Positions 35,474-43,926 of a stretch of 56,006 nucleotides of DNA are shown here, piece after piece. The position numbers and the translations under genes were made by a program. This DNA is from Parcubacteria group bacterium LiPW_41. GTDB taxonomy: Bacteria > Patescibacteriota > Minisyncoccia > UBA6257 > GWB1-50-10. Under the pieces are notes generated by a model. The model searched no databases and was not told the origin of the DNA. It saw only the letters and a list, made by a program, of their open reading frames with translations. Location: positions 1 to 56,006 of the forward strand of contig VMEM01000006.1 in NCBI GenBank assembly GCA_007375535.1, read 5' to 3'. Each line of letters starts with the position of its first letter. The first letter of the stretch is position 1.

Positions 35474-35505
35474 AAAAAAGAACACATGAAGATGTGTTCT
35501 TTTTT
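35474..35505. terminator. Bidirectional terminator
   Basis: AAAAAAGAACACA-TGAAGA-TGTGTTCTTTTTT. Confidence 0.85.
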
Positions 35506-35522
35506 ATGTTTTTTTTAGTTTT

Positions 35523-36665
35523 CTATTTCCACTCTTTTGCCACCTGCCATTTTATATTTAACATAGCACCAAGAGTTATAGCAGCAGAAACGCATATTAT
35601 TATCCAACCCATAAAAGGTATTAAACCAAGAAGCATATAAATCACCACTCCAAGTAAAATAGTTTTCCAGTTAACAATATATTCTGATTTGCTAATCCAC
35701 CTATAAACAAGAGAACCCAAAAATAGTGGGGTTAGTATTGATGCAAAAACAAAGAGGATAATAAACGAAAGCAATCCAATTATTCCAAAGGGAATTCCAA
35801 TAATAGTAACAAGGAGAATGATTGAAAGTATCGGAAGAACAATGAGAGTCACAATTCCTCGTCCCAACTCTTTAAGAGGATTTGCTGTTGCCTTTTCCAC
35901 AAGCTCTTTACTATATTTAGTGAAAATAAGTCCAATAACAAGGGATGAAACTAATAATGTCACAAATTTAGTAAGAAGTGCGAAATCAAAAAAACCAAAT
36001 ACTCCATTTGTGTCTTTTCTCCCTCCTTTGTTTCTTTTTATTTCGGTGAAAGACGTTTCTCCGCTAACTTTTCCTCCCTCCTCAATAGTAACGGGTTTTG
36101 TTGCTTCATATTTGAGGTTTCCTTTTATGTTTGCGTTTGGACCCAAAGTAAGATTTTCAGCCTTGATGTCTACATTGCCATCGATAGGTGCATTGATATA
36201 AATTTTTCCACCAGCAATTTTTGCCTTACCTTTAACTTCGGAATCCACTCTCACCGTTCCACCAGCAATCGCGACATCTCCACCCACTGATTTACCAGAC
36301 AAGGTTATTTGTCCCCCACCTATAACGGCGTCACCCGCAATATCACCAGTTATTATGATAGTTCCACCACCTATGCGCACGTCTCCAAGAATCTGACTTG
36401 AAACTGTTACATTACCTCCTACTGCAAATAAATCACCTGCAACCGGCCCAGATATAAGAGCTGTACCACCAGCAACAAGAAGATCTTTTTCTATACTTCC
36501 TGCACTAATAACAGTTCCGCCAGCCATATAAAGATTCCCCTCTGTTTTCTCTTGGGAGGTAAAAGACGACTGCTCTCCCGCTCGAAATTCCGCAGCAAAT
36601 AGTGCACCGGGAAACACGAGTAAGAATAAAGCTAATACAACAAGAGCCTTATTAAAATTTTTCAT
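35523..36665 (-). CDS. Bactofilin/polymer-forming beta-helix protein with C-terminal multi-TM domain
   Basis: Signal peptide, repeated G.V.GD...AGG.V units, about 4-5 C-terminal TM helices. Confidence 0.8.
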   Translation of the reverse strand: MKNFNKALVVLALFLLVFPGALFAAEFRAGEQSSFTSQEKTEGNLYMAGGTVISAGSIEKDLLVAGGTALISGPVAGDLFAVGGNVTVSSQILGDVRIGGGTIIITGDIAGDAVIGGGQITLSGKSVGGDVAIAGGTVRVDSEVKGKAKIAGGKIYINAPIDGNVDIKAENLTLGPNANIKGNLKYEATKPVTIEEGGKVSGETSFTEIKRNKGGRKDTNGVFGFFDFALLTKFVTLLVSSLVIGLIFTKYSKELVEKATANPLKELGRGIVTLIVLPILSIILLVTIIGIPFGIIGLLSFIILFVFASILTPLFLGSLVYRWISKSEYIVNWKTILLGVVIYMLLGLIPFMGWIIICVSAAITLGAMLNIKWQVAKEWK

Positions 36666-36745
36666 ATGGTTATTATATAACAGATACACCCCCTCAATAC
36701 AATTTTAAGATTGGAGGTATTTCTTAACTAACATATAATACAACT

Positions 36746-37039
36746 ATGAAAAAGCCCTTTCTAAACGCATTAGCGGCAATTACTTATATTGCCACCATTG
36801 TTTCTATAATAAGTCTTACATCATCATTAGCACCAAAAGAAGATAGTATTTTCGCTCCGATAGTGATGTTAAGTCTTTTAGTGCTATCGGTGTCACTTAT
36901 GGGATTTTTATTTTTCTATCAACCATTCAATCTCTACACAGAAAATCATAAACAAGAAGCAGTTTCTTTCTTTCTGAAAACCATTGGCTTTTTTGCCTGC
37001 TTCATGATCATTTTTCTACTGTTACTTCTATTTATATAA
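36746..37039 (+). CDS. 3-TM membrane protein
   Basis: Three hydrophobic helices; leaderless-type promoter; terminator at 37062-37082. Confidence 0.75.
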   Translation: MKKPFLNALAAITYIATIVSIISLTSSLAPKEDSIFAPIVMLSLLVLSVSLMGFLFFYQPFNLYTENHKQEAVSFFLKTIGFFACFMIIFLLLLLFI

Positions 37040-37055
37040 ATATAAAAAACCAATT

Positions 37056-37083
37056 AAAAAACCCGCCAAAAGGCGGGGTTTTA
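37056..37083. terminator. Bidirectional terminator
   Basis: AAAAAACCCGCC-AAAA-GGCGGGGTTTT. Confidence 0.8.
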
Positions 37084-37668
37084 GTAATATTCAATAATTG
37101 AATGAATAATTTTTTCTGTGGCGCGAATCGCTCGCTTAAGATTTCCATTTCGGTTTAAAATACAGAAATCGAATTCAGACATAGACGCAATTTCAATTTT
37201 TGCCTTCTCCATTCTTCGCTGAATCTCTTCTTCACTCTCAGTGCCTCTACTTCGGAGACGCTCCTCAAGTACTTTTAAAATTGGTTCTCCAGGATGAACG
37301 AAAATGATATGAGAACAATCAGGAAATTTCTTTTTGAGAGCAAGCGCACCGAATACATCAAGCTCAAATAGCGGAATTTTTCCATTATTCACAATTCTAT
37401 CAATCTCAGAAAAAAGAGTTCCATAAAGCTTCCCCTTGTAAACCTCTTCATGTTCAATAAATTCCCCATTTGCAAGTCTTTCCTTAAACTCATCAAGAGA
37501 AATAAAAAAATACTCAAGGCCATGAGTTTCACTTGGTCGTTTTGATCGTGTGGTCGCAGAAATTGAAAATTGAAGTTTTTTATTTGATTCTAAGACTTTT
37601 TTTACAATACAACTCTTTCCCCCACCCGACGGTGAAGAAATTGCAATAATTGGAAATTTCTTATCCAT
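37081..37668 (-). CDS. gmk: Guanylate kinase
   Basis: SSPSGGGKS, SATTRSKRPSE.HG.EYFF, EFIE.EEVY...YGT, LEERL.SRGTE. Confidence 0.95.
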   Translation of the reverse strand: MDKKFPIIAISSPSGGGKSCIVKKVLESNKKLQFSISATTRSKRPSETHGLEYFFISLDEFKERLANGEFIEHEEVYKGKLYGTLFSEIDRIVNNGKIPLFELDVFGALALKKKFPDCSHIIFVHPGEPILKVLEERLRSRGTESEEEIQRRMEKAKIEIASMSEFDFCILNRNGNLKRAIRATEKIIHSIIEYY

Positions 37669-37775
37669 ATTACACTCCCACTTGTTTTAATTTACTGGTA
37701 TCAAGATACACCAGACAAAAATAAAGTTCAAATAAAATTCCCCACAAATGTGGGGAATTCTGATTTTAATATAGC

Positions 37776-38129
37776 TTACGACGCAGGAAGAATTTTAAAT
37801 ACTGGATGAGTATCTCCAATTGAATCCAAAATAGCTCTTGTTTGTGTTTCCCAACGCGCATCGCTATCAATAGGATTTTCACTCTCAATACACTCCTTTG
37901 CCTCTTCAAAAGTTGCAAACAATCCAGCAATTGGAGAGCTGTTCCAATCATCCCAAAATATACTTCTTCCAATAACCACCTGACTCCATTTTGGACTCAT
38001 TTTGAAACCAACAAGAATTGCGCTTTTGCCTTTCAAATACACCTTTTCTAAGGTCACCACCCCTGTTTTTTCGTCATAGATTATCTGATAAATCGACGTT
38101 CTCGTAACAGCAAAAAATTCCGTTATCAT
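37776..38129 (-). CDS. Hypothetical protein
   Basis: GGAGG SD before ATG 38129; terminator at about 37737-37760. Confidence 0.7.
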   Translation of the reverse strand: MITEFFAVTRTSIYQIIYDEKTGVVTLEKVYLKGKSAILVGFKMSPKWSQVVIGRSIFWDDWNSSPIAGLFATFEEAKECIESENPIDSDARWETQTRAILDSIGDTHPVFKILPAS

Positions 38130-38233
38130 TGTTCCTCCACTAATTTTAAAGATATTCACATGGTATTCTTGAGCACACTAAGAGTCAATGTTCGATTTTT
38201 TTGTAAGAAAATATGGGTGTATAGTGTAGTAAT

Positions 38234-38791
38234 ATGGTGGAGCAAAATCCAGAACTAAGCGACGAAATTATTGCCGCTCGAATCCAGCAAGGAAATACAG
38301 ATGCTCTCGGATTATTAATTGATCGATACGAGATAAAACTGAAACGCTATGGAATGCGCTTTTTGGTATACGATGACGATATCGAAGATGCCGTCCAAGA
38401 AATTTTTATCAAATCATATCAAAATATTCAAAGCTTTGATGCAAATCGAAAATTCTCATCATGGATTTACCGCATTGCACACAATGAGTTTATAAATCAC
38501 ATCCGAAGACACGCTCGCGATCCACTTCCCTTTCTTGATTTTGAAGTTGATACATTAATACCTCATCCGTTTTCCAACGATACACCCGAAAGCGATCTCG
38601 AGAAAAAAGAAACGAGAGAGTTAATGGATAGAGCACTCAAAAAACTTTCCCCAAAATACCGCGAAATTCTCCTTCTCTTCTACTACGAAGAACTCTCATA
38701 TGAAGAAATTGCTGAAATTTTGCGAATACCAAAGACAACGGTGGGAGTACGATTAAGTCGAGCAAAGAAAGAATTAAAAAAATATCTATGA
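38234..38791 (+). CDS. ECF RNA polymerase sigma factor
   Basis: Region 2 (DAVQEIFIK.Y....FD....FSSWIYRIAHN) and region 4 (LSYEEIAEIL.IP..TV..RLSRAK). Confidence 0.93.
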   Translation: MVEQNPELSDEIIAARIQQGNTDALGLLIDRYEIKLKRYGMRFLVYDDDIEDAVQEIFIKSYQNIQSFDANRKFSSWIYRIAHNEFINHIRRHARDPLPFLDFEVDTLIPHPFSNDTPESDLEKKETRELMDRALKKLSPKYREILLLFYYEELSYEEIAEILRIPKTTVGVRLSRAKKELKKYL

Positions 38792-39489
38792 CACATATAA
38801 AAGAAACAATATTAAAAAAGATTCACGAACGTGAAGTCATAATGAAACCACGGTGGCCTTTTGTGCTTCGTGGAATACTGACACTTATACTTGCCTGCAC
38901 CATCATTTTTTTTGCTATATTCGTAATTATCATACTCACCTTGTCACTCAAAGAAACAGGAATGATGCACCTCCCCGTTTTTGGAGTACCGGGACTGTTT
39001 CATTTCCTTATTAATCTTCCATGGCTTATTATACTTGGCGTATTTATTGCACTTATTATTGTAGAAATATTGTTTAGAAAATTTTCATTTGGATATCGAA
39101 CACCAGCTATCATAACATTAGGCGTCATTGGCGTTTCAACAGTTCTTGGAGGGATTTTCCTTTCATCTATCGGACCAAAAAATGTTACAAAACAAATTCG
39201 TGATAGCAATTTTGTACGACTTCAAATGCATGAAGGTCCTGAGTTTAGAAAACAACGACCACTTACTCACGGAATAATTCGGACATTGAACAGTTCTGAT
39301 ATGTCCATTGAAACAGAAGATGAAACACTAAAAGTGATATTTAATGATTCAACACAATTTCCCGATGGAAAGGAAATACTTTCGATTGGATCATCAGTGT
39401 TTGTCGGTGGTCTGCGCAGTGGAGACACTATAAACGCATTCGGTATATCAAACGAACCTCCTGAATTACGTTTTCCAAAATATAAATAA
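38788..39489 (+). CDS. Membrane protein with C-terminal OB/DUF5666-like domain; putative anti-sigma
   Basis: ATGA overlap with the sigma gene; 3 TM helices; beta-rich C-terminus. Confidence 0.65.
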   Translation: MTHIKETILKKIHEREVIMKPRWPFVLRGILTLILACTIIFFAIFVIIILTLSLKETGMMHLPVFGVPGLFHFLINLPWLIILGVFIALIIVEILFRKFSFGYRTPAIITLGVIGVSTVLGGIFLSSIGPKNVTKQIRDSNFVRLQMHEGPEFRKQRPLTHGIIRTLNSSDMSIETEDETLKVIFNDSTQFPDGKEILSIGSSVFVGGLRSGDTINAFGISNEPPELRFPKYK

Positions 39490-39523
39490 TTAAAAAATAC
39501 CCCCGTTATGCGGGGGTTTTTGA

Positions 39524-39670
39524 TTACATATAGACACGCATGTAGCGCGCATCTATAGGCCACTCTTCGGGTGTACCAAAGTCTGACTTTTCTTGTTCTT
39601 CATGAACATTATTGACTTCTTTTTTCTCTTCTTGAGAAGTCGTTGGGGTATTATCGTCAGTGCGTTCCAT
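39524..39670 (-). CDS. 48-aa acidic microprotein (not in the ORF track)
   Basis: MERTDDNTPTTSQEEKKEVNNVHEEQEKSDFGTPEEWPIDARYMRVYM*; GGAG SD; flanked by hairpin terminators. Confidence 0.5.
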   Translation of the reverse strand: MERTDDNTPTTSQEEKKEVNNVHEEQEKSDFGTPEEWPIDARYMRVYM

Positions 39671-39747
39671 AACTACTCCATTTATTTAGTTGTTAAAAAG
39701 CAAAAACCCTCCATTTTTGTGGAGGGCATAAATTCGGTATTATCTGA

Positions 39748-39846
39748 CTACTTTCGAATTTTTTTCTCCACAGGCCTACTTCCCACAATAATAATGAGGG
39801 TAAGGACAAGCACTATAAGAATTGAGACAAAAATCGAAATTGCCAT
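39748..39846 (-). CDS. 32-aa single-TM microprotein (alternative start 39867)
   Basis: MAISIFVSILIVLVLTLIIIVGSRPVEKKIRK*; TGG-TATACT -10 upstream; terminator at about 39703-39727. Confidence 0.55.
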   Translation of the reverse strand: MAISIFVSILIVLVLTLIIIVGSRPVEKKIRK

Positions 39847-39896
39847 TACAAAATCAGTATACCACATATATTCACTTTTGTGATAGTATATGAATA

Positions 39897-40247
39897 ATGA
39901 GGCAATTCATAGAGAGTTTTAGTCATGCATTCGATGGTCTTTGTTTTGTATGGAAAGAAGAAAAAAACTTTAGAATTCAAGTTATTATCGGAATTCTTGT
40001 AATTGTTGTAATGGGAATATTTGGATTCTCCTACTTAGAAATGAGTATGTTTATTGTAGCAATTACATTAGTTCTTACCGCAGAAACAATAAACACCACA
40101 TTTGAAGATACACTTAACAAGATACAACCGGAACATGATCCAGTCGTTGGAAAAATTAAAGATATTTCCGCTGGGATAGTAGTGCTTTGTGTATTGGGTG
40201 CAATTTGTATAGGAATTCTCATCTTTCTCTCTCATTTTTCCTTCTAA
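39897..40247 (+). CDS. dgkA: Prokaryotic diacylglycerol/undecaprenol kinase family
   Basis: SF.HAF.G....W.EE.NFRIQ, E.INT..E, KIKDISAG.V. Confidence 0.9.
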   Translation: MRQFIESFSHAFDGLCFVWKEEKNFRIQVIIGILVIVVMGIFGFSYLEMSMFIVAITLVLTAETINTTFEDTLNKIQPEHDPVVGKIKDISAGIVVLCVLGAICIGILIFLSHFSF

Positions 40248-40268
40248 TTTCTGCTACAATTAATAGTA

Positions 40269-41699
40269 ATGGATCTGGTAAGACTCTTAACAAGAGAGGA
40301 ATCTATTGCTGGAATTGAGATTAGTGACACACATGTTCGTGTTGCTCTTTTTCGTACATCACACGAAAAAACTGAAATTTATAATTTAGAATATTTTGGA
40401 GAGGAGGCCCTAGAAAAAGGGGTTATTACCGAAGGAGTAATTACGAATGAGCCGGCTCTTTTACAAGCAATTCGCGCAGTACTTAAAAAATCAAAAAAAA
40501 GAATTCGCTATGTAGTTGTTTCACTTCCCGCATCGTTGGGTTTTTATAAAACATTTTCTTTTCCTAAAAATATTTCTCTAGAAAAACGAGAAGAAAGTAT
40601 GCGTATTGCATCTGAGTTTCAACTTCCACTCCAAAAAGATCAGATATATGTTGACTGGGAAGAAATTAAAGGAATTCGCGATAATACTATCGAACAAATA
40701 CTTGTTGCAGGAAATAAGGAAAAAATTGATGCATACAATTCTCTTCTGGTTAAACTTAAACTTCATGTAATCGCTATCGAAACACACCCACTAAGTATCG
40801 CAAGAATTCTTCAAATAAGTGAGACGCCAGAACTTTTTGCAATTCAAGAAACAACTGATACCGCGCTCATGATAGTACAAAATGGAGCGCTCAGATTCGT
40901 GAGAACTCTCCCAAAAATATTTTTTGATGGTGGAGGAAATATAAAAGAAGAAATTGAACGAATTTCTGACTTTTTTGAAGTTGAATATGGGGTCAGACCA
41001 AAAATACGTGAAATAAAAACTATTCGTCTTGGAGAGCAATTTTCAAACACCGCAAAAGAATTAATCTCTGGAGATATGTGCGCGGTTGCGGGCGCAGCAC
41101 TCCGTGGCGCACTTCCAAGAAACACAGATACTGAGGTAAGCCTAATCCCCGTTGGAACCGAAGAGGCATACGAACTTGAAAAAGCAAAAGCATTTGCCAC
41201 ATTTATATTAAATATTTCTGTTGCAGTAATGATATTCTTTGTTGTTGCATATATCGGAGCATGGCTTATCATGGTTCAAATTCAAAACACAGCAACGAAT
41301 AGATTTACACAAGTGAATAGCACCCCAGCACCAGAAGGAGCCGCTGAGTTCGAAACACGCGCAATACGCCTTAACAACTATCTTGATGTGAGTGATGCAA
41401 TATTAACCAAATCCCCTCGTTGGAGTCTTGTTATTGAGTCTCTAACAAAATTAGTTCCTCAAGGCGTCACTATCCACACCATTTCTCTTCCTGCATATAA
41501 CGGACAATTTTCAATAGCTGGCGTTGCTGCAAGTCGACCAATACTAAGTGGATTCCGATCAACACTTGAAACATCTTCCATTTTTTCTAATATCACGCTC
41601 CCACTTTCAAATCTTGATAAAACGGGAGATATTCCATTTTCGATAACTCTATCACTAAAGGAACCAGAGCTTTATTTACTTTCACATTATGCTCAATAG
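40269..41699 (+). CDS. Type IV pilus PilM-PilN fusion
   Basis: N-terminal actin-like PilM region, one TM helix (about aa 310-335), C-terminal PilN-like domain (W...I..L...VP.GV.I..I...F.IAG.A). Confidence 0.7.
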   Translation: MDLVRLLTREESIAGIEISDTHVRVALFRTSHEKTEIYNLEYFGEEALEKGVITEGVITNEPALLQAIRAVLKKSKKRIRYVVVSLPASLGFYKTFSFPKNISLEKREESMRIASEFQLPLQKDQIYVDWEEIKGIRDNTIEQILVAGNKEKIDAYNSLLVKLKLHVIAIETHPLSIARILQISETPELFAIQETTDTALMIVQNGALRFVRTLPKIFFDGGGNIKEEIERISDFFEVEYGVRPKIREIKTIRLGEQFSNTAKELISGDMCAVAGAALRGALPRNTDTEVSLIPVGTEEAYELEKAKAFATFILNISVAVMIFFVVAYIGAWLIMVQIQNTATNRFTQVNSTPAPEGAAEFETRAIRLNNYLDVSDAILTKSPRWSLVIESLTKLVPQGVTIHTISLPAYNGQFSIAGVAASRPILSGFRSTLETSSIFSNITLPLSNLDKTGDIPFSITLSLKEPELYLLSHYAQ

Positions 41700-42252
41700 A
41701 AAAGTACTTATTTCTTATATCATCAAACTTTCAATCTTTTTTTTGATACTCTTAAGTATCTCTATTGGGATTATAGTATTTCTTCGAATAAGAATAGAAA
41801 AAATCCAAACAACGCTCCAAGAAAACCAGCGCCTTATTCGTTCACTTGAAAGACGCGGAGAGACAATCTCAGAACTACGAAAACAATTTGAAGAAATAAA
41901 AACAACCGACACCACGATAATTGATGCGTTTCCATATTCCGATGATATCTTAAGTACTATCAATTCAATAGAACTTATTGCAAACACACACGGACTCCAG
42001 ATTGTTAAACAATTTGGAACTCCAACACTGTTTATGACAATTCCTGATGGAACAAAAATCTCAGTAATTCCTTTTTCGCTTTCTCTTCAAGGAAATGTAA
42101 ATTCACTTACAAAATTTTTAAGTGCAGTTGAATCACTTCCCTATTTTGTTAGTATCTCTTCAGCATCGCTTCAATCTCAATCTACCTCAGATTGGAACAA
42201 TATATCTAGCATATCACTGAGTGGTTCTTTATATACACGGGAACGAGAATAA
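41689..42252 (+). CDS. PilO-like pilus assembly protein
   Basis: TM + coiled coil + ferredoxin-like F.L.L.G....L..FL..VE.LP. Confidence 0.65.
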   Translation: MLNRKVLISYIIKLSIFFLILLSISIGIIVFLRIRIEKIQTTLQENQRLIRSLERRGETISELRKQFEEIKTTDTTIIDAFPYSDDILSTINSIELIANTHGLQIVKQFGTPTLFMTIPDGTKISVIPFSLSLQGNVNSLTKFLSAVESLPYFVSISSASLQSQSTSDWNNISSISLSGSLYTRERE

Positions 42253-42257
42253 ACACT

Positions 42258-42830
42258 ATGAACAAAAATATTAAAAAATATATATATCCGTCGATAACTG
42301 TGTTTGTAATATTAGTTATTATTGGTGCTTTTGTTTTTTCCGCCCTTTTTATTACAAAATCTATTGATGCGGCGCTCATCTCCGAACAAGAATCCCAAAC
42401 AAAAGACCTCCAGATAAAAATGCAAGCACTTGAAGCAGCAAGACAAAAGCTTTCTCTTGAAAATTTGGATATACCAATAAATATCTCTACAACAACCGAA
42501 ACTACCATTTCAACTACAACAGAGGAAGAAAAAATCGTGGAAAACAAAACACTTCTTTCTCTAGCAGTTCTCAATAGCACTGGAATTCCTGGAAAAGCTG
42601 GAGAACTTGCAAAATTAATAAGTACTTCTGGATTTAAGGTTTCCTTTACTGGAAATGCAAAAAAATTAGAACCAACAACGGTTATTCAAATTAAAGAGAC
42701 ATCTAAAAAAATATTCCCTGAATCACTAAAAGAGTTGTTCAGTGTAGTAAGAGGTAGATATTCAGTTACCGAATCTATTCTTGAAGAGAATTCCGAATAT
42801 GATGCAATCGTTATAATTGGAACTAATTAG
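42258..42830 (+). CDS. LytR C-terminal-domain membrane protein
   Basis: VLNSTGIPG.AG.....I...GF.V...GNA...D..VIIG. Confidence 0.75.
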   Translation: MNKNIKKYIYPSITVFVILVIIGAFVFSALFITKSIDAALISEQESQTKDLQIKMQALEAARQKLSLENLDIPINISTTTETTISTTTEEEKIVENKTLLSLAVLNSTGIPGKAGELAKLISTSGFKVSFTGNAKKLEPTTVIQIKETSKKIFPESLKELFSVVRGRYSVTESILEENSEYDAIVIIGTN

Positions 42831-43305
42831 TAATTTCTGCCCACGTTGAAGAAGAGATTTGACCATTATCCGAAGCATCAAATTCAAGTGTGATGCGAAG
42901 CGTTCGCGCGTATAGACCTGCATATCCAGTCGAAGTTACCACCTTTGGGTCAACCGATGATCCACTGTTTGAACTCACAGAAATATAGGCACACGCATCA
43001 TTCGACGAACATCCATTACTTATAAAAGGAATGCTATAGCAATTTTGCGATACACACGAATAGGTTTTGTTAACTGCAATTCTTCTCATCGCTTCTCGTG
43101 CTCCCGCTTCAGCATAGCTTAATGCTTTTTGTGATTGCGACTGCCCCTCAGAGGTAAAAAGTTCAGAAAGGCTAGCAGTCGAAATTCCAATCCCAATTGC
43201 AAGAACAAGCACTCCGAGCGCAATAATAGTAGGAAGTGTTGCTACCCCATTTCTTGTGGTCTGATTAATTTTTTTTAATCGTATTTTAAATTCGTTGTAG
43301 GTCAT
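42823..43305 (-). CDS. PilX-like minor pilin
   Basis: G|VATLPTII hydrophobic N-terminus lacking Glu5; ALSYAEAGAREA helix. Confidence 0.7.
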   Translation of the reverse strand: MTYNEFKIRLKKINQTTRNGVATLPTIIALGVLVLAIGIGISTASLSELFTSEGQSQSQKALSYAEAGAREAMRRIAVNKTYSCVSQNCYSIPFISNGCSSNDACAYISVSSNSGSSVDPKVVTSTGYAGLYARTLRITLEFDASDNGQISSSTWAEITN

Positions 43306-43330
43306 TTATCGTCTGTTATTAGTTACTTAA

Positions 43331-43879
43331 TTAATACATCATGAACGTTGTTTTCTTGCTTCCAGAATATTGCCAGTCAGGACTTGTTCCTGCATAACTC
43401 ATTCCAACTGCAACTTCAACGCTTATTGCGGTCTTCCCTGTTATTGTATTTGCATTTTCAAGTCGAGTGAACACAAGATTTGTTATTGAAACGTTTTGAG
43501 AGCTTATTGCCTCTGAAGATGCAGAACACGTACCGCCAATTTGTCTTCTTAATATTCCGCTTATCAAACAGTATGCGATCTGGGTTCCTGAAACGGTTGT
43601 CGTAAGAGACGTCGAAGTAGCACCAGAAGCAGGAACAGAGATTGAGCTTGCAGAACGAATATCTTGCCCAATTCGCTCTAATACAAATCGTATATTTGAA
43701 TTCACTTCAATCTGTGCTTCAGACTTCCCTCTTCCCTTATTTATAGCAGTAAATGACGCAGCAAGAATTACCATAACAATCGCAAGGATTGCAATATATA
43801 TCAAAAGTTCAAGCAAACTAAATCCATCATGCGAATGACGAATTTTATTTTTTCCACTTTTGTATATTCTTTGATACAT
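43331..43879 (-). CDS. Prepilin-type (PilW-like) minor pilin
   Basis: G|FSLLELLIYIAIL N-methylation motif. Confidence 0.88.
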   Translation of the reverse strand: MYQRIYKSGKNKIRHSHDGFSLLELLIYIAILAIVMVILAASFTAINKGRGKSEAQIEVNSNIRFVLERIGQDIRSASSISVPASGATSTSLTTTVSGTQIAYCLISGILRRQIGGTCSASSEAISSQNVSITNLVFTRLENANTITGKTAISVEVAVGMSYAGTSPDWQYSGSKKTTFMMY

Positions 43880-43926
43880 AATTTTTTACTAACTATTAAA
43901 CCCTACACCCTCATCAAGTCTATTCC

